A stretch of 64,000 bases of DNA from contig JAUCBJ010009108.1 of the NCBI GenBank assembly GCA_032718475.1, forward strand, positions 62,001-126,000, written 5' to 3'. Numbering within the stretch: the stretch's first letter is position 1; each line of letters begins with the position of its first letter. Source of the DNA: Nemertoderma westbladi (Eukaryota; Animalia; Xenacoelomorpha). Below, piece by piece: positions 49,330 through 62,935 of this stretch. The notes beneath the pieces are model-generated. The model was not told the origin of the DNA and made no database searches. It was given only the letters and a program-made list of their open reading frames with translations. Position numbers and translations under genes: made by a program.

Positions 49330-51665
49330 TGTGTTACAATCCGTTGTCCCTAGGGAATCCGTAATGATCGGGAGGCTGCCTTCTGCGGTGGGCTCGGGTA
49401 AGAGGCTCCATATCGAGTCCGCCATCAGCAACACTGTTGGTAGTACGAGGGGGAGACAAACTCAGCGGGTACTTGAGTGGTGCCATTGGACTGGTAACTG
49501 GGTCATTCTGAGGGTGCTGGGGTGGTTTGACAGGTGACGCATCGATGTTGGACGTGTCGTCATCGTCCTCGGACGATTCATGAAGACTTAGAACTGGAGA
49601 CTGATGGTATGGTACACGAAAACATTCCCATGCTCGTGCTCGTATTTGTGACCCCGAGAATTTGCGGACACTGGCATAGTCCGCATCGACAGTGGAAACA
49701 ATATACCGTGGACGTCCATGTAGTATGTATGTATGTATATACTAGAAAGATCTACCAAATTACCAATACTGATTGGAGGAGACACCTTAATTCGTTAACC
49801 GCCACGTGACTTCGATATAGTGCTGGGCTCGTGATTGGCTAGCCGGGACCGATGTTGAGATGTAATGAGGTCGCTGTCGGACATTGGGAGTTGTTCCCCC
49901 GTGAATTGATCCCTCTGGCTAAAAACTTCTCTAGCTGATAGACTTGATGCGCGAATTCTTGAGTTTAATTGGGCGACGGCGATAGCAATGGATACAGCTG
50001 AGTATGGTCCTCCGGTTGGGTGAAGCTTCAATACCTCCTCTTTGAGCTCCCATATTGCGTGCTCTGCTACCGGGTTTTATTAACGTTTTTCGCGTCTCCT
50101 AACTGGATGTTGAGGTTGTGAGCCATCAACCAGTGTGTGGAAGCCACACACAGGGTTGGTGCGTATAACGTCGCGGGGCCTGCAATTGGGTAACGTCCAA
50201 TGCAAAGACACAATAGAGCATCACACAATGTCTCATGGCGCTCGTCTGTGATAAGCGTTGCTGCTGTGTAAGAGGAAACTGTCTCCTGGATAAGGAGTAT
50301 CATCTGTTTATTCTGCCGGATGACGTTGGCGGCGAATGAGATTCCAACAACATCTGGTGGGTCTTCTGACTTCTGGGGAATGGATCTTCGAGGGGCAGCC
50401 TGCAAAGCTACACACTGGGCGCAACGACTATGGCACAATCAATATCTAGGGCACAGAAATATTGTAAAGCTATACGTCGAAGCTGGGCACGGGACGAGTG
50501 CTGTAACTCCAGGTGCATTGACATCAGTAATCCTGGTAAGGCATGGCGGGGAACAATAATAAGATCCCGGGGTGAGTTAAAAGGAGCCATTTGGCAGTGA
50601 ATGAGAAGTCCATCTGAGGCCACTGTAGCACAACCAAGGTATCGCTTTATGTCCCTGATGGATGTCTCTTTTTTGACGGGCGGGTGCCCTGTGACAAGTG
50701 CGCCGCTGTGCGGCGTAAATCGGCACAATCTTGTTGAGTGGCTAACCAAGTGCTGCGAGTAGCATATAGTGGGCAGGATGACGCAGCACTAGCATTATAG
50801 TATGACACTCGAATGATGGGTGCCTCAAACAGCTCCTCGACAAACTTACACACTTGGCAGTGTCCATCGGTGCAGGTTGGTGCTTGTCGGCTTTGGAAGT
50901 CGGCAGGAAGGTTTCGTATGCTGGCAATATGGACTACAGCGACATTATGTTGGTTGAGAGTCGCCAGAAACGTGGTTAGACGGAGCTGGATGAGTACGCA
51001 CCACGGCTAAGCTTGGCAGATGCCTCCACACATGGTTTGCTGTCTGTCATGATGATTGATGGGGTGGTTGATTGAGTCAGATATGGTGCAAAGTGATGGG
51101 TGGCTGATGCTATGGCCAGGGCTTCCATTTCGCACGGGAACCAAGCACGTTGATGCGTTCTGAGCTTTGCAGAGTAAAATCCAGCAAGATGAAGCGTGGA
51201 GTTGCGTTTGGCGTAAAAAAATTGCACCCAATCCATCTGTGCTGGTTGCAGCATCAGTCACGATAAATAGTTCGTCAGATGAATGGGGAATGACGATTGT
51301 CCGGCACGTCTTCAGTGCTGCCTGTGCTCGGCGAAAAGCTGTTAGGGTGACCTCCTCCCAGGCTACTGGATCGCTAGGTTGACCACTGACTAATTCATTG
51401 AGTGGAGCGACTAGTGCTGAACATCGAGGAAGGACCCGAGCGAGTATTTTGTACGAACCGATAAAGGATCGCAATGCGCGAAGTGTATCGGGGGTGGTAT
51501 ACGTAGCAAGTGTTGACACAACATGGGGGGATGCGGCAAGTGAGCCGCGACTCCACTTCAACGGACCAGGTATATAGGCCGTGAGGTGTAGTACCAGTAA
51601 GGGTGTGATCTGGCAGTTAGGATCTCACTCAGCACAGGTACGTCCGACTCAGACCGGGACTTACA
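49330..51665 (-). mobile_element. Degenerate Ty3/Gypsy remnant (LTR-like start, RT C-terminus, RNase H, integrase)
   Basis: LRSFIGSYK, LFIVTDAA..GLGA, WFPCEMEALAI, MTDSKPC, HLELQH..FCALD; many frameshifts; starts with TG at 51665. Confidence 0.82.
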
Positions 51666-52302
51666 ATACTCACTGCTTTATGGTGGGTGGAGGGTTTGGT
51701 AAATTTTCCACATCCGTGGTCTATGATATGCAGTAGGTTTGTGCAATTCGCGCATAGCGTTACATATGTTGTCACGTAAACCCGCCTTGCGTTTTCTTAG
51801 TTATATTTCATTTTTTGATTGCCGTAAGGTTAGTGGTGCAAATTTAGAACGTATTCGGCATAAATGTAATGTTCCTTATTTATATAACTTGACTTCTAAA
51901 ATGTGCTCTTCACTTAAATGGTATAGTAGTAATGACCTTACGTCAACTTATGTTAATATGTACAGAGAACTAATTGAGTGCAGGCACAATAATTTGTCAG
52001 TCCCCGACTTCGAAATGTCTGAACTAAATGAAATCTTGAATTGCATCTGTACCAGTTAATTTGTCTTTTATAGCAGTCATTTTGCCTATTATTTCTAACT
52101 TTATTGTATACTTATTTAATTAATCTACCTTCAATATTTTGTGCTTTTTCCACTATACTGGTCTGTCTGTATGTATGTCTGTATGTATGCTGTACTGGTT
52201 ATATGTATATTTATCTTTATCACGTTACTATGTACGAAATTAATATTCAATTAAATTAAATTATGGGTTGACCCTCTTTTTTTGCTAGACTGACTCGCCT
52301 AA

Positions 52303-53317
52303 CAGTCTATAATTGCTGAAATTTAATTGAATTATAAATTTTATTCTTGAACGTTTCTGCTTAAAAAACGGCAGCGAATTTTACAGATACTTCTCCAGGT
52401 GAATACAAAAGTTGTTCACTTCTATCGCGACCAATAGGAATACAGAGAATGTGAGAAAAGTGATAAACGGCTTTTACGGCCCTTGTTTTATTATCACATG
52501 TGTTAAATCACTCGTCCCGTAACGCTATAAGGTGCTACTTTATGAACAATGACGTAGTTATAATACCATTATTTATATGTGGCGATGTAAGTAGAAAAGG
52601 GAATTTGGCCAAAATCTCGATTTTCACTTTCTGATCGATTCTGGTAGAGATTTTTTCGGGCTTTTTAATGGTATATTTGATTCTTGTGTTATCTTTTATC
52701 ATCATGTCACAATTTAACATAAATGACACGGTATTTTAATTTTTTTGTAATAATTTGTAGTTTATTATTTTTCATAACTCAAATTGTTACAATTGTAATG
52801 CAATTATTACGAATCAACAGTTGTTATCAAATCAGTTAAGTTTTATATGTAAATAAATATTGTATTTTTTAATTGATTATTTTTGATTGTTAAACCAACA
52901 AATTAAATATTAACGTTGCTTTTAAATCATTACAATCAGAGATTAAATATAATATAATACAATTAATACAATTAAATTGTAATCAGTAGTTACCCAAATC
53001 AACGCCACGCAAACCCGCGCCGGTTAAGTTAATCAGTTAAGTTTTTAGTTGAAATGTAAAAGAAAAACCCACGCACAATGTAGTGTTTATTTCAATAATT
53101 TAAAATTTAAAAAAAAAAAAATTCAAAAATTTCAAACGTGATTTTCTCAAAATGATGTTTTGTACCAATTTCCCTTTTCTACTTACACCGCCACATGTAC
53201 GTAGTATAATATTCACCTGGAAATGAGTATATTCACCTCTAAAATTCGCTGCCGTTTTTAAGCAGAAACGTTCTAGAATCAAATTTATAATTCAATAAAA
53301 TTTCAGCAATTATACTG
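52303..53317. mobile_element. MITE-like element with ~75-bp TIRs
   Basis: ATAATTGCTGAAATTT..AACGTTTCTGCTTAAAAAACGGCAGCGAATTTTA and its inverse at 53240-53315. Confidence 0.75.
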
Positions 53318-53437
53318 TGTAGTGCTAAAAATACGTTATGTTACCCCAGTAACATTCTTGAATATCAACTTTACGTCTAATTAAATAAAATTTGTTTGTT
53401 ATACACTAGCTACTGTAGTGGGAATTTCGGGTTTTTC

Positions 53438-53682
53438 AGGCATTTGATTATATTTTTCTAATAATAAGGAGCGGCGAGCGGCCGCGGCGAGTGGCAGCGG
53501 CGAGCGGCCACTTTTTAAAAAAGGACACATTATTTTCTATGGGTGATGATACACCACAAATGGCCGCTGCCGCTCGACGCTCCTCTGGCTGGTGTATCAT
53601 ATCAAAAGTCGCCGCACACAGAGGCCGCGCGCCGTGGCCGCCCGCCACTGCCGCTCGTCGCTCCTGTGGTGTATCATGGCCT
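53438..53682. mobile_element. GC-rich palindromic MITE-like remnant
   Basis: GGAGCGGCGAGCGG.. versus ..CCGCTCGTCGCTCC; internal GATACACCAC/GGTGTATC repeats. Confidence 0.45.
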
Positions 53683-55799
53683 TAAGCATTTAAAGATAGC
53701 GATAATGAGTTACAGTACTAATGCTATGGCCTATATATGACACTACTACTGTGCAGTATATAACGGATCAAGGTTATGTTATTTCTATAAAAAATTTTCT
53801 GGTACAATTTTTTGTGGGAGGCCCTCACGGCCTTATTAAGCATATGTCTAAAACCAGCCTAGTATCTTCATAAGCTTCAGTTTCTCTGTCGGCCGCTAGT
53901 AGGGAGAGAAACGCGTTTTACATACAGTAGTAGCAGTAGGGCCTACAGTACAGTAGTAGGGCCTACAGTACAGTAGTAGGGCCTACAGTACAGTAGTAGG
54001 GCCTACTACTGTACAGCAGTTTGGAGAACAACAATGTGTGTTTCCATTGCAAAATCGCATTCAAGTGGAATCAATTTCAATTTTTAAGGAGTTTAACCAG
54101 CAGACCAGTCCATTGCAGTATGTCACTGCCAGTAATCATATAACAATAAAACAAAGAAAGGCGAGCGAAGCGAGCCGAAATTTTTAAAGCATTAACTAAA
54201 CAGATAAATTAGCCCGTATATGGTCTTGGTCTTCCCCACTGGCAGACAGCAGACAGGTAATGCAATATTTGAGGCACTTCGCCGTACCGTAATTGTTAAA
54301 CAAACAAATTGGTCCTGGTTTATATTTTGGGAGCGCCAAAACCGCCAAAGCGTTTTGGGATTGTCAAGCGCACGGGGCGCCAAATTGGCGCGTTTTTATT
54401 GTAAAGAGCGCCGGATTAATCCGGTTCTAAGTGTATGTATTCCAGTCTGGGTACAGTGTAGCTTACATTTGGCACCAAAATTTCCACATTTTTAATTTTA
54501 GTGACATGAAGTGCATAAATTATGACCCTTTTTTCGAGAAAGTTATGTTTGTGAATCTTAATAAATCATGTACCCTCATCGTGCAGTAGAATAAATAAAA
54601 TACCAAAAATGACGAGTATCGGTATGTACAGTATGTATACTATAGGCATACTGTACTGTACAGTGCTGCAGTGTACACTGTACTGTACAGTGCTGCAGTG
54701 TACACTGCTGTACTGTACATGACATGAATCTTAGAATCGACCTTCTAAACACTCTCTGTTTAGGAGGAGGCGGTTCCCATATTTTCAGACGAAAAGTTTT
54801 TGTATAATTTTTATTTGATTTTTTTATTTTAATTGTATTGCAGTAGCGTCAATAGGACATTCATAGGACTGTAGGACTTAGGGTCATACTGGTGTACTAG
54901 TGCTGTACTGCTGTAGTGGACTGCTGTACTGACATACTGTTCTACAGTTCTATGTCAGTATGCAGACTGAAGACACTGATTATAGTTTCAACATTGACTC
55001 TTTAAACTTCAGGACCAACTAAACTAACGGAACCGTCTGAGATTCCGAATCTGTTTGACTGTTTGAAGCTGTTTTGTATGGTACCTAATACCTATCCGGC
55101 AGGTGGCAGGTCCGGCAGTCCGGAGGAATAGTTGGCTGGTTTAATTTCAACCCTACCTAGCAAACTGCTGAACTGGCTGATCAGCTGATGCTGGGTCAAT
55201 CTACCGCACCGGTCCGGTATGGCAGTATGGTACCGGCTGACCGGTACCAGTACTGCAGTACTGCATTAGGCCTAAAGCTGTAAAGCAGTGTATGGTGTAA
55301 ACTAACAAACAGACAAATTAATCAACAAATTATCGAATCGCGATAGCCTAGGTTTCATCGATGTTGTGGCGACACGTGGCTATACAGGTTGGAACTTAAG
55401 AAAGAAAGGTCTTTTTAATTAGTACCGGTAGCGGTAGGCCCTATTACTGCTATTAATGCAGTAATGGGAAGGTTCTGCTAACAGAGTAGGCCTATGAGTA
55501 TGACGATATGAACAGGACTGCAGGATTGTACATCGATTCCATCCTTTAGTAATTCTCCTTGTCCTGTTGTCCGGTAAAACATTATTAACATTTCCGATTT
55601 AATTCACCAGTAGGTACGCGTTTGATATACGCACGCCTAGCCCTTGATAAGATTGCGGTTACTGAGTTAACGTCTGTATTTCAGATTACCACACTTGCGT
55701 GTTGTAAATAGTTTTCCTACAGTCCTACAAATATTAAACTTAAAAAAGGTGCAAATAATATTAAAATTGCATTAACTCTTGCAGTCTTGCACAGTTGCT

Positions 55800-56294
55800 G
55801 GCCTGTATGGAATCCATCCAAAAAGTGCGCCGGATAGCGCGCCGACCAATTTTTATGCGCGCCGCGCCGACCAATTTTTATGCGCGCCGCGCGCCGATGC
55901 AATTTCGAAGCAAACCCCACGCCAACGAAATTGTTAAGCGCGCCGCACATCTGCACATAGAAACAATTTTGAAGAGCGCCACGCCAATGTAATTTCACTT
56001 TAGGAGTGTAACCAGTCTGCCAATGTCAGTACTGCTGTACCTGTCCCTTTTCAGCAGTACCAGTAACCATACAACAGAGAAAAGAAAGGCGAGCAAAGCG
56101 AGCCGAAATTTTTAAACAGCTACCGGTAATGTAATTTTTAAGGCGCTTCCATAATTGTTAAACCAACAAATCGGCGCCGGTTTTTATTTTTGGAAGCGCC
56201 ACGCGCCAAAGCCGGAGCGCTTATCTATTTTCGAGCGCGCTTTTATTGTAAAGCACGCCGGATTAATCCGGTGCAAAGTGTATGGATTCCAGTC
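55800..56294. mobile_element. Repeat element with GCGAGC.AAGCGAGC motif; partial second copy at 54143-54448
   Basis: 56070-56294 resembles 54143-54448 and ends CGCCGGATTAATCCGG..ATTCCAGTC; weak TIR (TGGAATCCAT/ATGGATTCCA). Confidence 0.55.
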
Positions 56295-56543
56295 TTGGTT
56301 GCTGGTGTGGTTTTATATTTTAAAATTTAAAAATTGCGAACTTTTTCTACATTGATTCGAAGCTCTAGTAGGCCTTTGGATTCATATACAGTCAACAGTA
56401 GGCCTAAACGTTTAAAGTTTCACGAAAAATGTCCTCGCATCCCTATCGCAATAGCTCTATGTTTGTAACAAAGCACACTTATATCAGAACTACCGCTGTA
56501 CCGTACAAAATGTTTTACCTTACAAAAATGTTTATGTCGGGTC

Positions 56544-56952
56544 GGTGTTAGGATAATTGCGACCCAGACAATTGCGAACGGCACAATTTCGACCCGATCA
56601 TAAATATATATACGTAGGTTATGCCAAAACAATTAATTTTAATTCTAAGCATTCCAGAATATCTAATTGCAAACAATGTAAGGGCAGACCTATCCATTTT
56701 GTTCAAATAGCTACTGTAATTAAATATAGCTATAGTAATGAAATGTAGCTACAGTAATTATAATACAATTAGTAAAATTAATATAAAAAGCATTCCAGAA
56801 TATAACATTACGAATAATGTAGTCACTATTTTAAAATATAGCTACAGTAATTTAACTGTAGCCAGCTACAATTTCGACCCAGCAAATTTAATGAAATCAT
56901 GGGTCGCAATTGTCCGGGACGCAATTGCCCGGGTCGCAATTGTGCGGACACC
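56544..56952. mobile_element. Non-autonomous MULE-like element with ACAATTGCGACCC subrepeat TIRs
   Basis: 8-9-bp TSD GTCGGGTC(G) on both sides; GGTG...CACC termini. Confidence 0.75.
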
Positions 56953-58334
56953 GTCGGGTCGGTAGTTGCCTATTATTTATATATTGAAACTATTTTTATT
57001 TTTTTCAAATGAGTTTGATTAAAGGAATCGATGTATTTACTATTTTAGTGCCTGTTTGTTTTCGTGCCGTATTGTTTGCAGGTAGTTTCCCTGCCCAACC
57101 AACTTACTAATAACAACAGGAATTGCTCCTTCCCTACTGTTAGGAGGCTCATCATCATGTATTTGGCCATAGTGCGACGAACGTGGCCATGTAAATACTT
57201 TCCATGCGGCAATTAACTTGCCCTTTGTGAATTTTGTGGCTGGATATCCGATTTGATCATTTGATATCAGATCTTTATATGAAGGAACATAAATGGCACA
57301 TTTCAACATGATGTCATTTCCTTAACATATCTTTCTATTGATTTCCTAACCTTGACCTACCTGCCTAAGTCTGCAATAGATACCAAGTTAGATAGTTTCA
57401 ACACAGTTTTTCCGTGGCAAGTAACTCTTCTAAATATATCTTCAATGTCTGTTTCCACAATTATCTCTAAATATCAATTGTCGAAACTATTGCCTAATAC
57501 TTTCCATTTGCTAAAATTGTGAAACAGGATCCCACCATAGTTACTTGGTTGCTATGTAAAATCTAATTTGCTAAGGAAATGAACAAAACATGAACTTAAG
57601 AATTACCTTAATAGAGTATGGTCAGATTTTTGGTGCACGGGATTTTTGTCACCTACTGTGCAACTACAGGTACTCCTTAGAAAAATTTCGGCATTCTTGT
57701 AACAATTACACCTTTTTACCGAAAAATTTTGGCATTCTTATAACAATTACACAAGGCAATTTACAATTACACTTTTTACCAAGGCAATTCAAAAATTGTT
57801 AATATTATCAGTGAACGACTTTTGAAAATGTATTTCGCACAATTGCCATGGTAACCTGGTTTTAAAAATGACTTGGGTAACGGATTCTATGTTTGTGATT
57901 TGGGGGTGAGTCAAGCTTTAATTTACACCATGCCCTGGAATATAGTGTCCGGCCCTGCCCCTGGCCCCCAAAAATCTTTCTACAAATATTAATGAGGTTG
58001 CATGAAATTTGAAATAGATATAGTTTCACCTCCCTTCTTCTTCCTGGGTGAGCTAAAAATTCTTATTTTCGTTTTCAATCGCTATCTACAAGCGTATAAA
58101 AAAGTGTCTCCAGTGATATTTAACCAGTTACACTGTAGTTATTCTTCAACCTAGTGATTTGTTTGCACCAATGGAAAGCTGGACGTCCAATGATGCCAAT
58201 TTGGTTGGGAAATAGCTGAGATATGGGCTTTCGACATTTGGATGTATTTGCTTCATTCCTCTACAGGCCATTTATTATAATTAATTAAAATCAATACACC
58301 ATGTTCTAGATCATTTTGTTTATGTATGAAATAT

Positions 58335-59972
58335 CACTACTACGATTGGCATGCTGCATTGCAGCTGCATGCATTATATATATATATGACATATATATTA
58401 AGAATGCTGTGCCAGCTTGTCGACAAAATTGCGCCACCACAACTCCCTATAACCCATGACATTTGCTAGATCATCCGCCTCTTCAAGGCCAGTGTCCTTT
58501 AAGATGCGTCTCAAGAAAGTAATGGGCTGTCCACCATGCTTATTCACTCCATGAGGCTGCCAAAGTAAAGGATTATACACTGGCTAGTCCTCACGGCGAA
58601 AGCAATGTCCTGCAAAGCGGAGGCGGCTTTGTTCTAGTATCAAGCTTAGGGGAACCAATGAGACACCTCCAATGTTATATAGTGTCTGGGTGGAGATGTG
58701 TGCATTGTACTTGATACAGTGAACCCGGCATAGCATTCTTGTGAATGTGCCATCCAGAGATTTGGTGTCCTCAGCAGTTAGAACCCAGCATGGACTCCCA
58801 TAGAGGAGTACTGGAACTACTGCTGCTCTAAATAATCGGACCTTAAGTTTCCGATTAATTCTCGGTGACTTCCAAATCCTGGAAAGCCTATTCAAGGCTG
58901 CCTATGCCTTTCCCTTACGTATTCGAAGGTCATCGCCTGACTTCCGGATCCATGATCCCAGGTAACAGAAGTCGTCCACATGCTCAAGCATGAGCTTATG
59001 CACATCCGGTCAGAGACTTGCAGATTGAATTGACCATTGTAGATAAGTCATCAGCAAAGTCTAGATCAGTTAGGTACTTGGCAGAATTTCCTCGACTTTT
59101 GGAGCCAGTAGGTGGAGTTACCATCACCCCATCATCATTGTAATGATCTAAGGACATGCGTAGAACATAGAATGACATGTCGCTAGTGTGTCTCCATGAA
59201 GGACTCCCATAACACTTAAAATGGTTCTGTGTCACCGTTAACAGTCGATCCAAATGTCGTTGAACCATCATATACTGATCTGATTGCTGCGATAATTTCA
59301 TCAGGAATCCCATATAATGAAAGTATGCTCAACATACGTGAGCTAGAAACTGAATTAAATGCCTTGAAGAAGTCATCAAAGATAACAGCCAGATGCCTGT
59401 CTTTCTTTTTTGATAAATTTTCAATTATCCTTCAAAGTGCTAAAATGGACCCCATGGTCCCACGACCTTTATGGAACCCATTCTGATTTCCACGGAGCAG
59501 TCTCTCAATGGGATCCCTGATGCGATTTAATATAATTCTATTGTATAGCTTTGCAGCAATCGAAATCAGTGAGATTCCCCGAAAATAACCATAGAATGTT
59601 AGGTTGTCCTTCTTGGGAACTGGCACCAACTTATTTGTTTTCATTTCTTGCAGTCCGTTTTGTACATGTCTACTATGATGGGATAGATGAGCTTTAAACA
59701 CTCAGGTATTTTAAAGACCTCAGGGGGAACACCATCTACTCCACTGGCACGATTGGTCTTAATGCTCTTTGCAGCAGCCTCCACTCAGGAGCTATCGCCA
59801 ATGGGAATATCTGGGAGTACAGACTCAGACACTTTTACTTCTATAAAGTTATCAGGCAATCCCCTGTCATTATTGACGAGATTTTTAAAGTGGGCCTTCC
59901 AACCATTGAGGCGATCGGCTGGTAATCCTGCCTTAACCTTCGTGGTTGGTTGGTTTTTCCGCCCAGTCAGCA
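58335..59972 (-). mobile_element. Second 5'-truncated RTE-like LINE copy, more decayed
   Basis: Reverse complement of about 16020-17762 with internal deletions and the same 3' tail. Confidence 0.9.
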
Positions 59973-61136
59973 TTAAATTGAAATACCAAGGACTTCTAGA
60001 TCATAGTATTTATTCTGCAATAAATATAGAATATAGATAGAATATAGTACATAGAATATAGAATACATATATAATATTCGAAAATGAAAATTCTGGCTCA
60101 CCTATGGAGGAGGAGGAGGAGGAATGATGTGAAACGATCTTTATGTTTCAAATTCCATGCAATCCCATTAAGATTTGTAGAAAGAAAATTTTGAGCGCGG
60201 GGGGGGGGGGGGGGTGGGGTATGGTCGGTTGGCAATGGGGCATGCCACTGAATTATGACATTATTTTCCATAGCATGGTGTAGTATTTAGAATGCTTTGG
60301 AAGTGACATCTAATTAGTCAGTAATTTATTTTGGATACGTCCCATTAGCACTATTTACTTCAGCCATCACTAAAGGACCAGACAAAAAGGCTTCCTTCTA
60401 CCTTAAAGGAAATTTATTTTCAATTTTCCCTATAGATGTGAATCCATGAGATACCGATAGGTTCAAGATAGGGGTTAGGTTCTTCAGAGCAAGATCATAC
60501 TTGGCTCTAACTCCAACCGACACCACTTGCACTAACTCGTTTATAAATCGCATCACCGAAACCCAGGGTAACCCAACCCTGCGTGCACAATATATGCATC
60601 TTGGCGGCCACTACTGCTATTTATATTTTATTAATTGGTGTTATAAGTGAATGTGTAGTTTCATGTTCTTATAACTTTTTGTTGGGCACAGCTTTTGCAC
60701 TGACGCTCTGACTTGCACTGACTGACGCTCTAACCATTCAGCTAGCGGCTGAGGTAAAACATAGACCTGTAAATACTATCACCTTGTATGTCCACCATTT
60801 ACCTCCTCATGGCCTCCCATCTGTGTTGGTGTTATGGGTGAATGAGTGGCTTCATATTATTATAACTTCTCAAATTATAAATATACAGGTCGCATTTCTC
60901 TATGGATGTAACTGTCCTGATTAAAATAATAGTTAGAGTTTATAATTAATCATGTGGTCGTGATGGTTTATGGTTATTATACACTACCCTTTCATTGCAG
61001 CGAGTGGTTTAAGACGTCCAAGTACAGTAGAGTTGAGCACACAGTGGCAGCATATGATGGTATTGACTAATTGGAGGCCATGAGGAGGTAAATTGCGGTA
61101 TCAGAGATAGTATTTCCAGGTCTACCTTTTACCTCA

Positions 61137-61204
61137 GCCGCTAGCTGAATGGTTAAAGCGTCAGACTTCCAACCCGGGGGTCACCAGTTCGATCCCTCCT
61201 GGAC
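61137..61204 (+). other. tRNA-derived sequence (SINE head or tRNA pseudogene)
   Basis: Box A TAGCTGAATGG, box B AGTTCGATCC, loop CTTCCAA; anticodon and acceptor stems pair poorly. Confidence 0.55.
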
Positions 61205-62794
61205 ATTATTGCCGACTTTGCAAAAGCTATGCCCAGCAATAAGTTATAACTACTGCTATTGTATGATAGATCAGTATGCGCAAGATCTTGTGATTTTACA
61301 GTATGACACACAGCTATTGAGAGGAAAGGAAACATGGAGCTGAAGGTGAGGTCAGCACGTCTACTGTATTGACAGGACATTCCTGTAAAGATTGCTACTA
61401 GATATATACTAGTTATGATAACGAGGATCAATTGGGGGTTTCCATGGCTGATTGTGATTTATGACGGTGGTGAGTCATAAATATTACCAAAGATTAATTC
61501 CAAGGCCGATGCGAGGAGGGGAAATGTATCATTACAATACTGCCAGAAATGATAAAAGGCTAAGGGATAATCTTTTAGGCTCGTCAGGCCAAGGAATGCC
61601 TGTTTACCACCATGGGCGATCTTCTACAGTAAACCCTTCCAATCTGTTTCCCAACTTACCTTGGTTCCCAATTAACGACCAGTGAAGGAGGAAAACCAGG
61701 GTTGGGCTAGGCTGTAGTATTTAAAGCACTGCCAAAAACAGTGCTACTCCATGTAGGGATCGAACCAGGGCTTCTTAATTGGATGCCAAGGATTGTTACC
61801 AATAGAGCAAGCTGTTGCTATGACTAATATAAATGAACCGAGTCTGTGTGATAATTTAGTTTCCCCACTATCATAGGTATGTGTGCTCGTTGTTAATAAT
61901 TAATTATTTGATATTTATTTATCCGTCCGTAAGAACCTTTTTCGGTGGCTAATCTTTAACCATTTTTTATTGTCTGATGAACGTTTCACAGACTTCTGAT
62001 TACATTAACTTTATCAAATATTATGTCACAACGCCGCCCAAAACTAGCCGACGGTCTCTTGCCATCATTTCTAAGAATATTGTTGGGGAATCCCAATCCG
62101 TGGCTCTTAGTGGTTCATTGGAAATGATCACTCCTTAATGGAACAAGGATATATTTAGTTTGTGGTGAGTGCTTCGAGTTTATATTAAATGTTGATTTAA
62201 GTTTTTCATTATTATATGACACGAACTATTAACTGCTGGGTACTATATAGTATATAGTATTCAACTTTAATTATATCTGGATGTTTAAATTAAATAGATT
62301 TAAAATTTAAAGTAAGTGACAATGTTTGTAATGTCTTTTATTCCAAAATTGTAACATTACTTAACGCCGTTAGTATTAACAGCGAGTTGTTATTTAGCAC
62401 TTCACAACTTTAGAGGACATTACAGCATTGTATTGGCCTGTACATTTAGTATTATATTTTGTGTTATCAGTTAAGTAATGTCCCCTTAGTGGACATTACT
62501 TAACGCCGTCATTGGTTACCACGTAAACAATAGGTGGAAATTTGCCTGACAGCCAGATAGGCCTACTGCATTACCTACCGGTAGGCGGGGTATAGCTATT
62601 AATAACCAGTATCTAGATTATTAACATGGCTCCAAACGCCACCATAAATATAAGCTAACTTATTTATAACATAATTTATGTCATTTTTACATTTATTTAT
62701 ACAGTAACTAATTTAATTTGTGCAGTTTCTATCACTTATAATATATGTACAATCATTTCGTAATGTTAAAATTTTGGAATAAAACTACATACTG

Positions 62795-62935
62795 TGTACA
62801 TACTTGTTGCAATGTACTTTACAGTGTTCTGATCCTCGTGGCTTTATTTCACTCACTCATTAACGTTCGTTCGTGTAACAAAACCACTCGGATCATCACA
62901 CTGTAAAGTGCTACTTTACACACACAAGTATGTAA
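62795..62935. repeat. Short imperfect palindrome (MITE-like hairpin)
   Basis: ACTTTACAGTG..TGATCC..GTGG / CCAC..GGATCA.CACTGTAAAGT. Confidence 0.55.

Noticed and set aside
58280-60030. Long TSD around the second RTE copy
   Set aside because: The flanks share only TTCTAGATCAT and general AT richness; too divergent to call.
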